From an uncultured virus (IMG/VR IMGVR_UViG_3300037466_001022) (taxonomy: Duplodnaviria; Heunggongvirae; Uroviricota; Caudoviricetes), in the IMG/VR virus record IMGVR_UViG_3300037466_001022: a stretch of DNA of 64,000 nt; one strand, given 5' to 3'. This document shows, piece by piece, positions 10,293 through 19,816 of this stretch. The notes under the pieces are model-generated. The model did not search any database, was not told the origin of the DNA, and saw only the letters and a list, made by a program, of their open reading frames with translations. How positions within the stretch are numbered: position 1 is the stretch's first letter; each line of letters opens with the position of its first letter. A program made the position numbers and the translations under genes.

Positions 10293-10568
10293 ATGGGATA
10301 TCCGAGTAATTCAGAAGAATCTACCTTCCCGATTGTCAAGGAAGATATTGAGGAAGTAAAGCGGGCGATTAGAGAGATCAGCGACTCGATGACTCGGGTT
10401 GCTGCTGAACGAGACTTGATCAAGGAAACAAAGAAACGTCTTAAAGAAAAGTTTGGCCTAAAGCCAAAGTTGCTCACACGTCTCGCAAAAACGGTGTTCA
10501 ACGATGATTTCGATGTAACGGAAATGGAGCACGACGAATTCGTTGAAGCCTATAATAAAGTGAAGTAA
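10293..10568 (+). CDS. dsbA: T4 DsbA-like dsDNA-binding protein
   Basis: AIREISDSMTR..ERDLIKE..KEKFGL..F.EAY pattern resembles T4 DsbA. Confidence 0.65.
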   Translation: MGYPSNSEESTFPIVKEDIEEVKRAIREISDSMTRVAAERDLIKETKKRLKEKFGLKPKLLTRLAKTVFNDDFDVTEMEHDEFVEAYNKVK

Positions 10569-10585
10569 ACTAGAGTTTGCACCTA

Positions 10586-10667
10586 GCAACTTATTGTCAG
10601 TTGCGCCTTAACGGTGTAAGGCGGGTGGAGAATTCCTAGGATATTCTCACGACCCGCATTTTTTATG
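10586..10667 (-). promoter_or_regulatory. structured intergenic region containing orphan copy 5 of the endonuclease leader hairpin
   Basis: minus strand CATAAAAA-at-GCGGGU-CGU-GAGAAU-loop-AUUCUC-C-ACCCGC, plus two further hairpins. Confidence 0.55.
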
Positions 10668-10680
10668 ATGGAGTATTATA

Positions 10681-11628
10681 ATGGAAGACGAAATTAAGGA
10701 AGTAAGTTGGGGACAAGTGTATCGTCCTCGCCGTGTGCAAGATTGTATTCTACCTGATAGGCTCAAGAAGCCATTCCAGGCTTATGTAGATAGCAAGACA
10801 GTTCCAAGCTTGACACTAACCGGTACTTCCGGTGTAGGAAAGACCACAGTCGCCAAGGCTATGCTGGAAGAAATTGGTTGCGAATATCTTGTGATCAATG
10901 GCTCCGAAGAACGTGGTATTGATATTCTCAGATATAAGATGACCAATTATGCATCTACTCTTTCAATGAATGGTATGCGTAAAGCCATTCTCATTGACGA
11001 GGCTGATTATTTGACTCCACATTGTCAGGCGGCTATGAGAAACGTCATGGAAGAATTCAGCAAGAATTGTTCTTTCATCCTGACATGCAATTTCAAATCA
11101 AAGATTATTGACGCAATCCACTCACGCGCACCTGTCATAGAATTTCGATTGATTGACAAGGAGCGTCCTGAGATGGCTATGCTATTCCTTGATCGTATCA
11201 AGGGCATTCTCACCAAAGAAAACGTCACTTTTGATGAAAAAGTGTTGGTAGAAGTCATCAAGAAATACTTCCCTGACTATCGGAAGACATTGAACATCCT
11301 ACAACATTTTGCCGCTCAGTCTAACAACAACATCAATTCAGGTGTATTGGCGGATGGTGTTGAGAAAAATTTAAGTGAAATCCTTGGATACATGAAGGAA
11401 CGCAACTGGCGTAAGTTGCGCCAATGGGTTGCAAAGTATGCGGACGACTCGTCGCATGTATACAGATCATTGTTTGACGTAGTACATGAGAAATTCACAC
11501 TTGATACGTTCTCGGACGCGGTTCTTATCATTGGCGAACACGCATATCGGTCATCTTTTGTACCGGATCAAGAAATCGAATTAACAATGTGCTTGGTTGA
11601 ATTAATGACTCGTTGCACTCTTAAATGA
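10681..11628 (+). CDS. gp44: clamp loader large subunit (gp44)
   Basis: YRP..DCILP, GTSGVGKTT, DEADY and SR motifs. Confidence 0.92.
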   Translation: MEDEIKEVSWGQVYRPRRVQDCILPDRLKKPFQAYVDSKTVPSLTLTGTSGVGKTTVAKAMLEEIGCEYLVINGSEERGIDILRYKMTNYASTLSMNGMRKAILIDEADYLTPHCQAAMRNVMEEFSKNCSFILTCNFKSKIIDAIHSRAPVIEFRLIDKERPEMAMLFLDRIKGILTKENVTFDEKVLVEVIKKYFPDYRKTLNILQHFAAQSNNNINSGVLADGVEKNLSEILGYMKERNWRKLRQWVAKYADDSSHVYRSLFDVVHEKFTLDTFSDAVLIIGEHAYRSSFVPDQEIELTMCLVELMTRCTLK

Positions 11629-11649
11629 ACTTTTTTAAGTGAGGAAACA

Positions 11650-11982
11650 ATGGATAATTTAGATTTGGTAACATACCTTCATCGTCAGAAGGAATTTTCT
11701 GAAAATACATATGGTCCTGGTCAACGTACAACAGGTGTTCTTGATCATATTCGTAAGGAATTAAAGGAAATCGAGAAAGACCCAAATGATCTATATGAAT
11801 GGATTGATGTTGTAATCCTTGCATTTGATGGTGCATGGCGAGCAGGTTATACTCCAGAACAGATTGCGGAAGCTCTTGAGAAGAAGCAATCCAAAAATGA
11901 ATCACGTACTTGGCCTGATTGGCGTACAGCCGACCCCAACAAAGCAATTGAGCACGATAGGTCCCATGACACTTCCGATTAA
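11650..11982 (+). CDS. DUF550-type dATP/dGTP pyrophosphohydrolase (MazG-like)
   Basis: TYGPG..GVLDHIRKELKEI...EWIDVVILAFDGAWRAG...KNESRTWPDWR. Confidence 0.8.
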   Translation: MDNLDLVTYLHRQKEFSENTYGPGQRTTGVLDHIRKELKEIEKDPNDLYEWIDVVILAFDGAWRAGYTPEQIAEALEKKQSKNESRTWPDWRTADPNKAIEHDRSHDTSD

Positions 11983-12463
11983 TTTGGATAACGAGAAGCC
12001 AGAAGCTTTAGATGAAGAAAAGATTCTGAAAGACCAGAGTAAATCAGATAAGGCAGCAATCGATCTTTTTAGAGAGATTCTGCCTAGTTTGATGCTGACA
12101 GGTAAGGATATTCTACAAGATAATCCTAAGTATATTGATATGTATAAACAAAACATCTTCATAGTGAATCGTGCTTTAAGTCACCATATTGACTGTCTTG
12201 GAGTCGCGGTTGTCTTGAATCGTGTTCCAGATATATCACCAAAAAGTCACTATCAAGTTTGTCTAAATACCCTCAGGAAAAGAAAGCGTGATTACGTCAA
12301 ATGGAAAGGCGAGGACGATAAGAAATTGGCAGATAAAGAGAAAAAAATTGCCGTAATTTCGAAATTTCATGGATATAGTCCAAGAATTGCGCGTGAGATC
12401 GTTGATTTGTATAGTAACGAACAAATTGACAAAATGGAAAAACATATGGAGGAAGGCGGTTAA
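11966..12463 (+). CDS. gp62: clamp loader small subunit (gp62)
   Basis: FIVNRALSHHID, RKRKR, GYS...A motifs and C-terminal GG; lies between gp44 and regA. Confidence 0.75.
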   Translation: MTLPINLDNEKPEALDEEKILKDQSKSDKAAIDLFREILPSLMLTGKDILQDNPKYIDMYKQNIFIVNRALSHHIDCLGVAVVLNRVPDISPKSHYQVCLNTLRKRKRDYVKWKGEDDKKLADKEKKIAVISKFHGYSPRIAREIVDLYSNEQIDKMEKHMEEGG

Positions 12464-12494
12464 TCTTTCCTCCCAAAAAATGGAGTAAAGTGTT

Positions 12495-12932
12495 GTGGTC
12501 GAAATTAAAGAAGATATTTTCCGTGGATTTGGTGTAGAAATTAAGCTCAAACAGCCTGATGATTTCTTGAAAGTCCGTGAAACATTAACTAGAATTGGTG
12601 TTCCTTCGAAGAAGGATAAGGTCCTGTATCAGTCATGCCATATCCTTCATAAGCAAGGTAGATATGCAATTTTGCACTTCAAGGAACTGTTTGGTCTTGA
12701 CGGTAAACCAAATAATATGACAGAAGAAGATGTATCACGCCGTAATACTATTGCTAATCTTCTGTGGGAGTGGGATTTGATCGAATTGGTTGATCCTGAC
12801 AAGACAAAAGACCCAGTATCACCAATAAGCCAAATTAAAATTCTTCCTTTCAAGGAAAAGGATCAGTGGAAATTGACGCCTAAATATTCGATTGGCTCTA
12901 AGACAAAAAAGGTCGTGGATAAGCAGTCTTGA
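12495..12932 (+). CDS. regA: translational repressor RegA
   Basis: DDFLKVRETLTRIG..LYQSCHILHKQGRYAILHFKELF.LDG. Confidence 0.95.
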   Translation: MVEIKEDIFRGFGVEIKLKQPDDFLKVRETLTRIGVPSKKDKVLYQSCHILHKQGRYAILHFKELFGLDGKPNNMTEEDVSRRNTIANLLWEWDLIELVDPDKTKDPVSPISQIKILPFKEKDQWKLTPKYSIGSKTKKVVDKQS

Positions 12933-13000
12933 CATTCAGGCTAAGACTGCTAAGCTGAGGATGTTAATTTCTCCCTTTTTGAACACGAGGTATCCGCAAA

Positions 13001-13330
13001 ATGCGTGATCTTACTTCTATATTTGGACTTGATAAGATTGATGAGGTAAAGAAGGTATATAATACCGTAGTCATCACCATGATTAACGAGAAGGAACCTC
13101 GTCTTCTACCTTTTCCAAATGAAAATGTAGCCACACAATATTGCAAGGTATTTGTCAAGGATTGGTTGAAGATGCCAGAAACAACCTACAAAATTCTGGA
13201 CGAATATAATATTGTCCTCTATGCATCGAATACTCCGGCTATTCTCGTTACCCGTGAATATAATATGCTTGCATCTAATCTGGAAAATGCTGCCAATAAA
13301 TTGGAGTCCAATAGTAAAAATTGGTTTTAA
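13001..13330 (+). CDS. hypothetical protein
   Basis: ORF with GAGG RBS downstream of a TTGACA-16-TAAGCT promoter-like site. Confidence 0.55.
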   Translation: MRDLTSIFGLDKIDEVKKVYNTVVITMINEKEPRLLPFPNENVATQYCKVFVKDWLKMPETTYKILDEYNIVLYASNTPAILVTREYNMLASNLENAANKLESNSKNWF

Positions 13331-13333
13331 ATT

Positions 13334-13933
13334 ATGCGTTTTGGAATGTACGGTAAGGATGTTGCCCAAGAACGGATGGAATTTGTGACATATCGTTTGC
13401 GCATACAGCGTGAAGATTTCATGTCCACATATTCTAGCGGTCCATTCAACAATATATTGAAGTCAAATGGTCCGTGGAGTGTCAATTTCATCGACTGTCC
13501 AACAAACGAATATTTTCTCTACCTTTATAACAAGGTGGGAAAAGACTATCAATGGTACATGCTCAATCTTGTCGATCCAAATTCTCTAAGAAAATATCTG
13601 GATCATACATTCATGACAACTCTTCATATGAACGGAGAACCAGTAGGATTTGGTTCTTTTGAGGTGGGTAAAAATGATAAAGATGTTAACATCACATATT
13701 TCGGGTTGGCAGCTTGTGCTATTGGTCGTGGCGTTGGTCGTCATTTCCTAAAACATGTCGTTTATACGACATTTGACACCTGTAGCACCAAAGATAGCGC
13801 ATGGCTCTATACGACTGATAGAGATCATCCCAACGCTCTTCCTTCATATAAATCAGTTGGTTTCCAAATAGAACATGTAGGAATTGAGCATCATTGGGCT
13901 CCTTTGTCTGTATTCAGACCGGATGAGGTTTGA
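13334..13933 (+). CDS. GNAT acetyltransferase
   Basis: ITYFGL...IGRGVGRHFL, WLYT..DHPNALPSYKSVGF. Confidence 0.8.
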   Translation: MRFGMYGKDVAQERMEFVTYRLRIQREDFMSTYSSGPFNNILKSNGPWSVNFIDCPTNEYFLYLYNKVGKDYQWYMLNLVDPNSLRKYLDHTFMTTLHMNGEPVGFGSFEVGKNDKDVNITYFGLAACAIGRGVGRHFLKHVVYTTFDTCSTKDSAWLYTTDRDHPNALPSYKSVGFQIEHVGIEHHWAPLSVFRPDEV

Positions 13934-13986
13934 CAAGCCACAATAATCTGTTAGACTTATGATGGTTCAAACAATAAGGAATAATA

Positions 13987-14613
13987 ATGGAACCGGTGAA
14001 CAATACAGCGGATCGTGGTCCGTATATGATGACTCGTCTGGGTTATCATTTCTACCCTCTTGATCCGAAAAAGGAAGATTTCCGGGTTTTCGAGATTTCC
14101 GAATCTCTGTCAAAGACATGTCGCTATAATGGACATTCTCCTTATTTCTATTCTGTGGCAGAACATTGTGTGCATTTGGCAAACTATTTTCTAAGGAAGT
14201 ATGAAATTGAAAATGCCAGATGGGCTTGGGCTCATGATGGTGCCGAAGCTTATATTGGCGATATGATTCGCCCAATCAAATGGTTGTTTCCTGATTTTAG
14301 GAACATTGAAGCAAAGATTGAAGATGTATATTTTCATGAATTTCTTGGACTAAAAGGTGATTGTCCAAAGACAGTCATGGAAGCTGATACATTGATCTGT
14401 AATGATGAACGTTATTCATTATGGCTTAATGAAAAGGTTGATGGAGAGTATGTTGTCCAAAAATGGGGTTTGGATAAACTTCCAAAACTAGGAGATAAAC
14501 TTCCAAAACTAGGAATAGATATAGGAATGTGGCAACCAGCACATGCTGGATTAGAGTTTCGTAAAATGTATAATAAGCTTTTCCCAGAGTTGGTAGATAA
14601 TGGAAGAAAATAA
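13987..14613 (+). CDS. HD-domain nucleotide phosphohydrolase (YfbR/YfdR/DatZ-like)
   Basis: CRYNGH..FYSVAEHC..HDGAEAYIGDM..P.K..AD...ER. Confidence 0.8.
   Translation: MEPVNNTADRGPYMMTRLGYHFYPLDPKKEDFRVFEISESLSKTCRYNGHSPYFYSVAEHCVHLANYFLRKYEIENARWAWAHDGAEAYIGDMIRPIKWLFPDFRNIEAKIEDVYFHEFLGLKGDCPKTVMEADTLICNDERYSLWLNEKVDGEYVVQKWGLDKLPKLGDKLPKLGIDIGMWQPAHAGLEFRKMYNKLFPELVDNGRK
14473..14514 (+). repeat. perfect 21-bp tandem duplication (DKLPKLG x2)
   Basis: GATAAACTTCCAAAACTAGGA occurs twice in tandem. Confidence 0.9.
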
Positions 14614-14857
14614 AGAAGAGAAGACGAACCGAGATATCTTTGCTGAAACCTATGAAGTCATTGTAAAACAGGCATATCCTTATTTGGATTCAGGTATTTT
14701 GAATGATTGCAGACATGGATGCTTGATTGCAATCAATTCTAAATTTGGTCTATCCTCTGAAACTCTGCGAACGGCAGAAATTCTTGGAATTAATCCAACA
14801 AAACAAGACATTATCAATTACGTATATAATCGTGAAACGACAGAAGAACAAAAATGA
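14600..14857 (+). CDS. hypothetical protein
   Basis: ORF overlapping its neighbours in an operon. Confidence 0.55.
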   Translation: MEENKEEKTNRDIFAETYEVIVKQAYPYLDSGILNDCRHGCLIAINSKFGLSSETLRTAEILGINPTKQDIINYVYNRETTEEQK

Positions 14858-15261
14858 TACCTAAGCTTTATCTATTGGTTCGGACAGACATGGATTCCAT
14901 GAATACTGGGAAGGCAATTGCTCAAGGCTCCCATGCGGCCGCTCAATTCATCAACTATGGTAATACCTATGCTGAAACATGCCATTCCAAACAATGGCAA
15001 AAGTCCTTCAAAGATTGGAATGATGGAGGATTTGGTACCACCATTGTCCTAGGTGTAGATAATTTGTCTGATATGGAAGCATGGATAACTGGTGCAAACA
15101 TTTATGGATATTATGGTGAAGCGATTACGGATGAAACCTATCCATTACGCGACGGCGAAGCCGTGCACTATTTTCCTGTAAAGACATGCGGTTACATTTT
15201 TGACCACGATGGTAAGCTGAAAGAAAACTATCCAGGATTTGAATGTCTTAAATTGAGGTAA
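14854..15261 (+). CDS. peptidyl-tRNA hydrolase, Pth2 family
   Basis: KLYLLVRTDM.SMNTGKAIAQGSHAA signature. Confidence 0.75.
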   Translation: MIPKLYLLVRTDMDSMNTGKAIAQGSHAAAQFINYGNTYAETCHSKQWQKSFKDWNDGGFGTTIVLGVDNLSDMEAWITGANIYGYYGEAITDETYPLRDGEAVHYFPVKTCGYIFDHDGKLKENYPGFECLKLR

Positions 15262-15265
15262 AGTT

Positions 15266-15451
15266 ATGTACGTTTTGTTATATCTTTTGGTCTTTGTTTC
15301 TATCAGTTTCTCGGTGACTTATCTTTCATATCGTGAAGAGATCGATAGTTGGAGTGATTTTTGGTCTGTTCTGAGGAGAGAATATAAAGGCGCAACAAAG
15401 TTGATCATTTTGCCTCTGTTAGCCTGTATTGTTCTAGGTATGTTTTTATGA
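15266..15451 (+). CDS. small membrane protein
   Basis: two hydrophobic segments. Confidence 0.55.
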   Translation: MYVLLYLLVFVSISFSVTYLSYREEIDSWSDFWSVLRREYKGATKLIILPLLACIVLGMFL

Positions 15452-16659
15452 ACTTCAATTTCCCCTATATCGAAACGATTGACGATGTTCTTCCTTACAT
15501 CAAAGGTAGGGAAGAATTTTTTGTGGCGGATAAGGGTGATTACCAAATCATTAATTACACCCACCAGGCAAGCACCACATTTCCTCCTGTTTCTGGTCCA
15601 AATGATCTTACCAACATAATGTTGCGTGAATGCCGCGGTATTACCTTTGATAAGGATAGACGAATTATATCTCGTCCTTTCCACAAATTTTTCAATCTTG
15701 GTGAAAAACCAGAATGTGATATGCCGTCAGTGGCACGTGAGTTGTCTTATCCCCATTTCTTTCTTGAGAAACTGGATGGGTCAATGGTGCGCCCCTTCCA
15801 TCTTGGTGATCCTGATTTGTATCAGATGGCAACCAAGATGGGTTTTACCGACACCTCTGCCCAAGTTGATAGATTCCTAAAAGAAACAGTTGATCTATCA
15901 TCCAATGACAGAACAATCCATGATCTTATCATGGATTGTCATGATGCTGGATATACACCAATTTTTGAATGGTGTTCACGAAAAAATAAGATTGTTCTTG
16001 ACTATCCACAAGATCGTTTGGTTTTGATTGCTCTCCGAGAAATGCGTTCAGGTAAATATTACCCATATGACGAAATGTTAGACATTGCCCACCATAATAA
16101 TGTTGATGTTGTTAGATTTTATAAGGGTAATATTAAAACTATCGAAGAAATGGTTGACGATATCCGCCAAACGGATGATGAAGAAGGTTATGTATTGTCA
16201 TGGGAAAATGGGCATAAGGTCAAGATCAAATCTGATTGGTATGTCCTATTGCATAAGTCCAAAGATTCTATCCGTCAGGAAAAAGATGTGTTGGAATTGA
16301 TCCTGACCGACAAATCTGACGATCTTTTGCCTTTATTGGATGATGCCGATAAAGCCAAGATTATTGATTATCGTAATAGTGTATGGGAGGCCTTGAATAT
16401 AGCTTCTCATTCCTATGGATCGTTTGTGACACAAGCCAAGGCTGAAAATGTGACAATGAAGGAGTTTGCTCTTAGTTGGGTTCCTCAATTAGCGGTCCCT
16501 TCGATTGCATTTAATATCTTTCGTGGTAAGATGAATGCTCATGATGCAGTTGTTGACTATTGTTTGAAGCAATGTTCCAGCAACAAGAAGGTGGAAGCCC
16601 TTCATAAATTCCTAGATATATATAAGAAATTCCGTTATGAAGAAAAAATTGGAGAATAA
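15448..16659 (+). CDS. rnlA: RNA ligase 1 (T4 RnlA-like)
   Basis: ECRGITF, RPFHKFFN, EKLDGS adenylation motif, EEGYV, KIKSDWY. Confidence 0.9.
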   Translation: MNFNFPYIETIDDVLPYIKGREEFFVADKGDYQIINYTHQASTTFPPVSGPNDLTNIMLRECRGITFDKDRRIISRPFHKFFNLGEKPECDMPSVARELSYPHFFLEKLDGSMVRPFHLGDPDLYQMATKMGFTDTSAQVDRFLKETVDLSSNDRTIHDLIMDCHDAGYTPIFEWCSRKNKIVLDYPQDRLVLIALREMRSGKYYPYDEMLDIAHHNNVDVVRFYKGNIKTIEEMVDDIRQTDDEEGYVLSWENGHKVKIKSDWYVLLHKSKDSIRQEKDVLELILTDKSDDLLPLLDDADKAKIIDYRNSVWEALNIASHSYGSFVTQAKAENVTMKEFALSWVPQLAVPSIAFNIFRGKMNAHDAVVDYCLKQCSSNKKVEALHKFLDIYKKFRYEEKIGE

Positions 16660-16660
16660 A

Positions 16661-17203
16661 ATGAATGATAAGGTATTGCTCAGTAAGCCAAATGTTTTGA
16701 GTATGTTGGTTGGTCTCCCTGGATCAGGGAAGTCAACCTATGTTGATAATATGGTCAAGGCATATAAGGCTTTTACTGCGGAAGAGATTCCTGTTTATGT
16801 CATATCTCTTGATCGCATGATTGAGAAGACCATGACTCCTGGTGAAAGTTATGCTGAAGCCTTTCTGCGTGTCCAACATTCTGGTGAATTGAAGGAAATG
16901 GACAAACAACTATATGTGGATGCTGCCAGATATGCTGCAATGGCTGGGCCGATTGTTGTGATTTGGGATCAAACCAACCTTACCATTAAGACCCGCAAGC
17001 GTAAGCTTGATATCTTCCCCACCAATACTTGGACACGTTATGCTGTACCATTTCGTCCATCTATGGAAGAGTGGCAGCGGCGTCTAAATAAACGTAAGGA
17101 TGAAACTGGAAAGACTATTCCGGATTATGTCCTGGAAGAAATGTCAAAATCATATGAGGATCCAACCGAAGCCGAAGGCTTCGATATGATTCTCCCTATT
17201 TAA
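16661..17203 (+). CDS. P-loop polynucleotide-kinase-like protein
   Basis: VGLPGSGKST, DQTNL..R, IP..VL..M; follows the RNA ligase. Confidence 0.75.
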   Translation: MNDKVLLSKPNVLSMLVGLPGSGKSTYVDNMVKAYKAFTAEEIPVYVISLDRMIEKTMTPGESYAEAFLRVQHSGELKEMDKQLYVDAARYAAMAGPIVVIWDQTNLTIKTRKRKLDIFPTNTWTRYAVPFRPSMEEWQRRLNKRKDETGKTIPDYVLEEMSKSYEDPTEAEGFDMILPI

Positions 17204-17216
17204 TAAGGAAAAGAAA

Positions 17217-17483
17217 TTGCCAAACTACTCGTTCCGTGACCTTGTAACAAACGAGGAAATCACTCTGACAATGAAGATTTCAGAGCTTGATCCTTTTTTG
17301 AAGAAGAATAAGAAGAAGTATGTACAAATTCTAACAAAGATGACCACGGCCGATCCATGGTTGTTAGATGGTGTGAAGAAACCACCATCCGATTTTTCCA
17401 AGTATGTACTTGGTAAAGTAAAACATGGGGTGCCTGGTGCTGAAATCGAAAGGGGACGTTTCCACGTACCCAAGGAAGTATAG
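17217..17483 (+). CDS. small conserved phage protein (FmdB-like N-terminus)
   Basis: TTG start with AAGGA RBS; MPNYSFRD..T.E pattern. Confidence 0.55.
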   Translation: MPNYSFRDLVTNEEITLTMKISELDPFLKKNKKKYVQILTKMTTADPWLLDGVKKPPSDFSKYVLGKVKHGVPGAEIERGRFHVPKEV

Positions 17484-17505
17484 ATTTAAGGGATTTATTT
17501 TTGTT

Positions 17506-18306
17506 ATGAATCGACCATATTTCCGCCATATTACCCCTGATTCGGTATATAAAGGATCGCCTGTAGAATATACCAACATCAAGCGGGTACGTTTCAATGG
17601 AATGCGTTACTATAAGCCAAGTAGTTATTTCAACATGATTTCCCCGTCTGTAACGACTATTTTGGATTCGATCCCTAATCCCTCTCTTGATGCATGGAAG
17701 AAGAAAGTCGGTGAGCAAGAAGCTACCCGTATTAGTAACATGGCGAAAAGTCAGGGTGGCTCACTTCATGCGTCAGTGGAAGCTTATCTCAAGAATGAAA
17801 AGAATTTTCCCGAGGATACTCCTCCACATGTAATTGATCTTTTTAGGAAAATTCAACCACAATTGAATCGTCTTTCCAGTATTCAAATGCTTGAACAGAA
17901 ATTGTTCTCACCAACATGTGCTGGAACTCCTGATTGTGTGGCAATATTGGACCAAAAAAGAACTGCAATTGTCGATTTCAAAACGGCAAAACGATACCCA
18001 ATGCAAAGTACAATTGAAAAATATTTCACTCAAATTGCCGCATATCATGATCTTTGGCTTCATAGATATCCGGAATGGTTCTCTAAAACACCAGCAATAT
18101 ATGTTCCTCAGACTTATATAGTTATAGTTGCAGTAGAAGATCAACCAGAACCACATGTAGCCCATATGGATTTTGAAATTAATTCTTCTGTATTGAAGAA
18201 CAACAAATCTTTGAACGAATGGATGAAGATCAAAATGAGATGGTGGGACAACAACGGTCATTTGTTATCCAATGTTACTGAAGAAGATTTAGAGGATGAG
18301 GATTAA
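17506..18306 (+). CDS. PD-(D/E)xK exonuclease
   Basis: PSVTTIL, G..LH...E, AGTPD, IVDFKT, Q..AY. Confidence 0.8.
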   Translation: MNRPYFRHITPDSVYKGSPVEYTNIKRVRFNGMRYYKPSSYFNMISPSVTTILDSIPNPSLDAWKKKVGEQEATRISNMAKSQGGSLHASVEAYLKNEKNFPEDTPPHVIDLFRKIQPQLNRLSSIQMLEQKLFSPTCAGTPDCVAILDQKRTAIVDFKTAKRYPMQSTIEKYFTQIAAYHDLWLHRYPEWFSKTPAIYVPQTYIVIVAVEDQPEPHVAHMDFEINSSVLKNNKSLNEWMKIKMRWWDNNGHLLSNVTEEDLEDED

Positions 18307-19082
18307 TGTGTATTTTCGATTTGTGGTCTGATTTTCATATAGAAGGAAATCGGAGATTTGATTGGAATAACTGGCAACCTACTTCTAATATATTAGTTTT
18401 GGCTGGTGACACATCTAATCAACCAGCGGTTACTTTGCAGGTAGTTAAGGAAGCCGCCGATGTGTATGAACATGTCTTGTTTGTTTCTGGAAATCATGAT
18501 TATTATGGTAACCACTCCATATACGAAACTAATAAAATCTTTCGCGAAAAATTGCCTGATAGAGTTAATTTTTTGGAAGCAGGTATTGACAAATGGGTAT
18601 CTATTGAGGATACTCTATTTGTTGGTGATATGGGTTGGTATTCCTGGGATTATCCTGGAGTCGGACTTCAGGGTAAACAAGCTGACAATTGGTATCATAA
18701 TTTGAACGATGCGCGATATATTGAATTCAAGGGTTATCTTCCTCCAGATTTAGCTCAAGATAGTGCTGAATATCTATATGACGAATTATCTTCTAATTTC
18801 CGGAAAACCTTCATGAATACGGTTGTTGTTACCCACACTGTTCCTCATCTAAAAGGGCTTGTTGGTCCTGATCATATGTGGGCTCCATTGAATGGAAGTT
18901 ACTATAACTCCTATATGGGAAAAATCTGGAATGATGATAACATAAAGCCAGATGTTTGGTGTTTTGGACATACACATCAACAAAATGACTTTCTCGATAA
19001 CGGTGTTCGCTTTATTTCAAATCCAAGAGGATATCATGGAGAAAGGGATATAGCAAAATTACCAAAATTAATTGAATTGTGA
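18306..19082 (+). CDS. calcineurin-like metallophosphoesterase
   Basis: SDFH, AGD, GNHD, THTVP, FGHTH, NPRGY. Confidence 0.88.
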   Translation: MCIFDLWSDFHIEGNRRFDWNNWQPTSNILVLAGDTSNQPAVTLQVVKEAADVYEHVLFVSGNHDYYGNHSIYETNKIFREKLPDRVNFLEAGIDKWVSIEDTLFVGDMGWYSWDYPGVGLQGKQADNWYHNLNDARYIEFKGYLPPDLAQDSAEYLYDELSSNFRKTFMNTVVVTHTVPHLKGLVGPDHMWAPLNGSYYNSYMGKIWNDDNIKPDVWCFGHTHQQNDFLDNGVRFISNPRGYHGERDIAKLPKLIEL

Positions 19083-19703
19083 GCATTTCCATTTTTTATG
19101 ATGTAATCGTTTTCCATATGCCACACTTTGCATTTTGTTATATAGAAGATTATTTTTCTGGCAAAATTCCTTAAGATTTTTTACTTCATGGCAATTTCCA
19201 TCTGGATCAATGATTATCCAGGATTTTGCATTGATTGATGCTAATTTTTCTTTTGTTTCATTCGTATGATTTTTACCTATTTTTGATGCACTAATTCTGG
19301 CAAGAGTTTCCTTTTTGTGTTTCCATCTTATCCCAAATGCAGGATTAAGTGGGCCGATTCTAAGTGATAATTTTTTCTTATGATCTTCTGAAACAATGTG
19401 ACCTAATGTTCCGTCGCCACCTAATGTCATATTATAACCATTCTCAAATGTATCGTAATATTGGATGAAATATCCTTCCATTGTATTAAGAAGATATTTG
19501 CCATCCAATGATTGACATATGACTTCCCATTCAAACGCTTTCCACCCATATTTCCTGATAGCTCTATGGAATTTATAGTTAGAATTACATTTTAAGGATT
19601 CTCGTTTATGACCATAGGTCCTGTTAGGCCAATTACTATCAAAACCAATATAGGACTTACCGTTGACCTTATTGGTGGCTTTATAAATAGAATAGATTTT
19701 CAT
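19068..19703 (-). mobile_element. GIY-YIG (Seg-like) homing endonuclease with NUMOD3-like repeats
   Basis: SIYKATN..NGKSYIG, GYNMTLGGDG, H..ET..KIS repeats; likely start is MKIYSIY at 19703. Confidence 0.88.
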
Positions 19704-19730
19704 TGCTGTTATCTCTACAGGGGTAATAGG

Positions 19731-19771
19731 ATTGGTGGGACGGCAATCCGCGACCAATATCCTTATTTATA
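19731..19771 (-). promoter_or_regulatory. T4-type late promoter plus conserved endonuclease leader hairpin, copy 2
   Basis: TATAAATA (19764-19771) then AUUGGU-CGC-GGA-uugccg-UCC-C-ACCAAU. Confidence 0.75.
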
Positions 19772-19780
19772 CCGTTTGGG

Positions 19781-19810
19781 TTGACTTTTGAATGTTCTAT
19801 GGTATAAATA
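19781..19810 (+). promoter_or_regulatory. tmRNA promoter (TTGACT -35 and TATAAATA late box)
   Basis: TTGACT-16 nt-TATAAATA directly upstream of the tmRNA acceptor piece. Confidence 0.6.
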
Positions 19811-19816
19811 ATTCTA

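Noticed and set aside
11819..11965. long N-terminal extensions on gp62 and similar ORF-track starts (51907, 20237, 20812, 17425)
   Set aside because: They overlap upstream genes or RNA elements; downstream ATGs fit the operon better.
7341..14613. definitive Z-genome (2-aminoadenine) call
   Set aside because: No purZ is visible in the window, and these hydrolase families also occur in unmodified phages.
17506..18306. Cas4 of a CRISPR system
   Set aside because: It lacks the Cas4 Fe-S cysteine cluster and CRISPR context; it fits the common phage PD-(D/E)xK exonuclease.
19704..19757. N-terminal extension MVADCRPTNP of the endonuclease in the ORF track
   Set aside because: It overlaps the conserved leader hairpin, and the paralog at 30534 starts at MKIYSIY.
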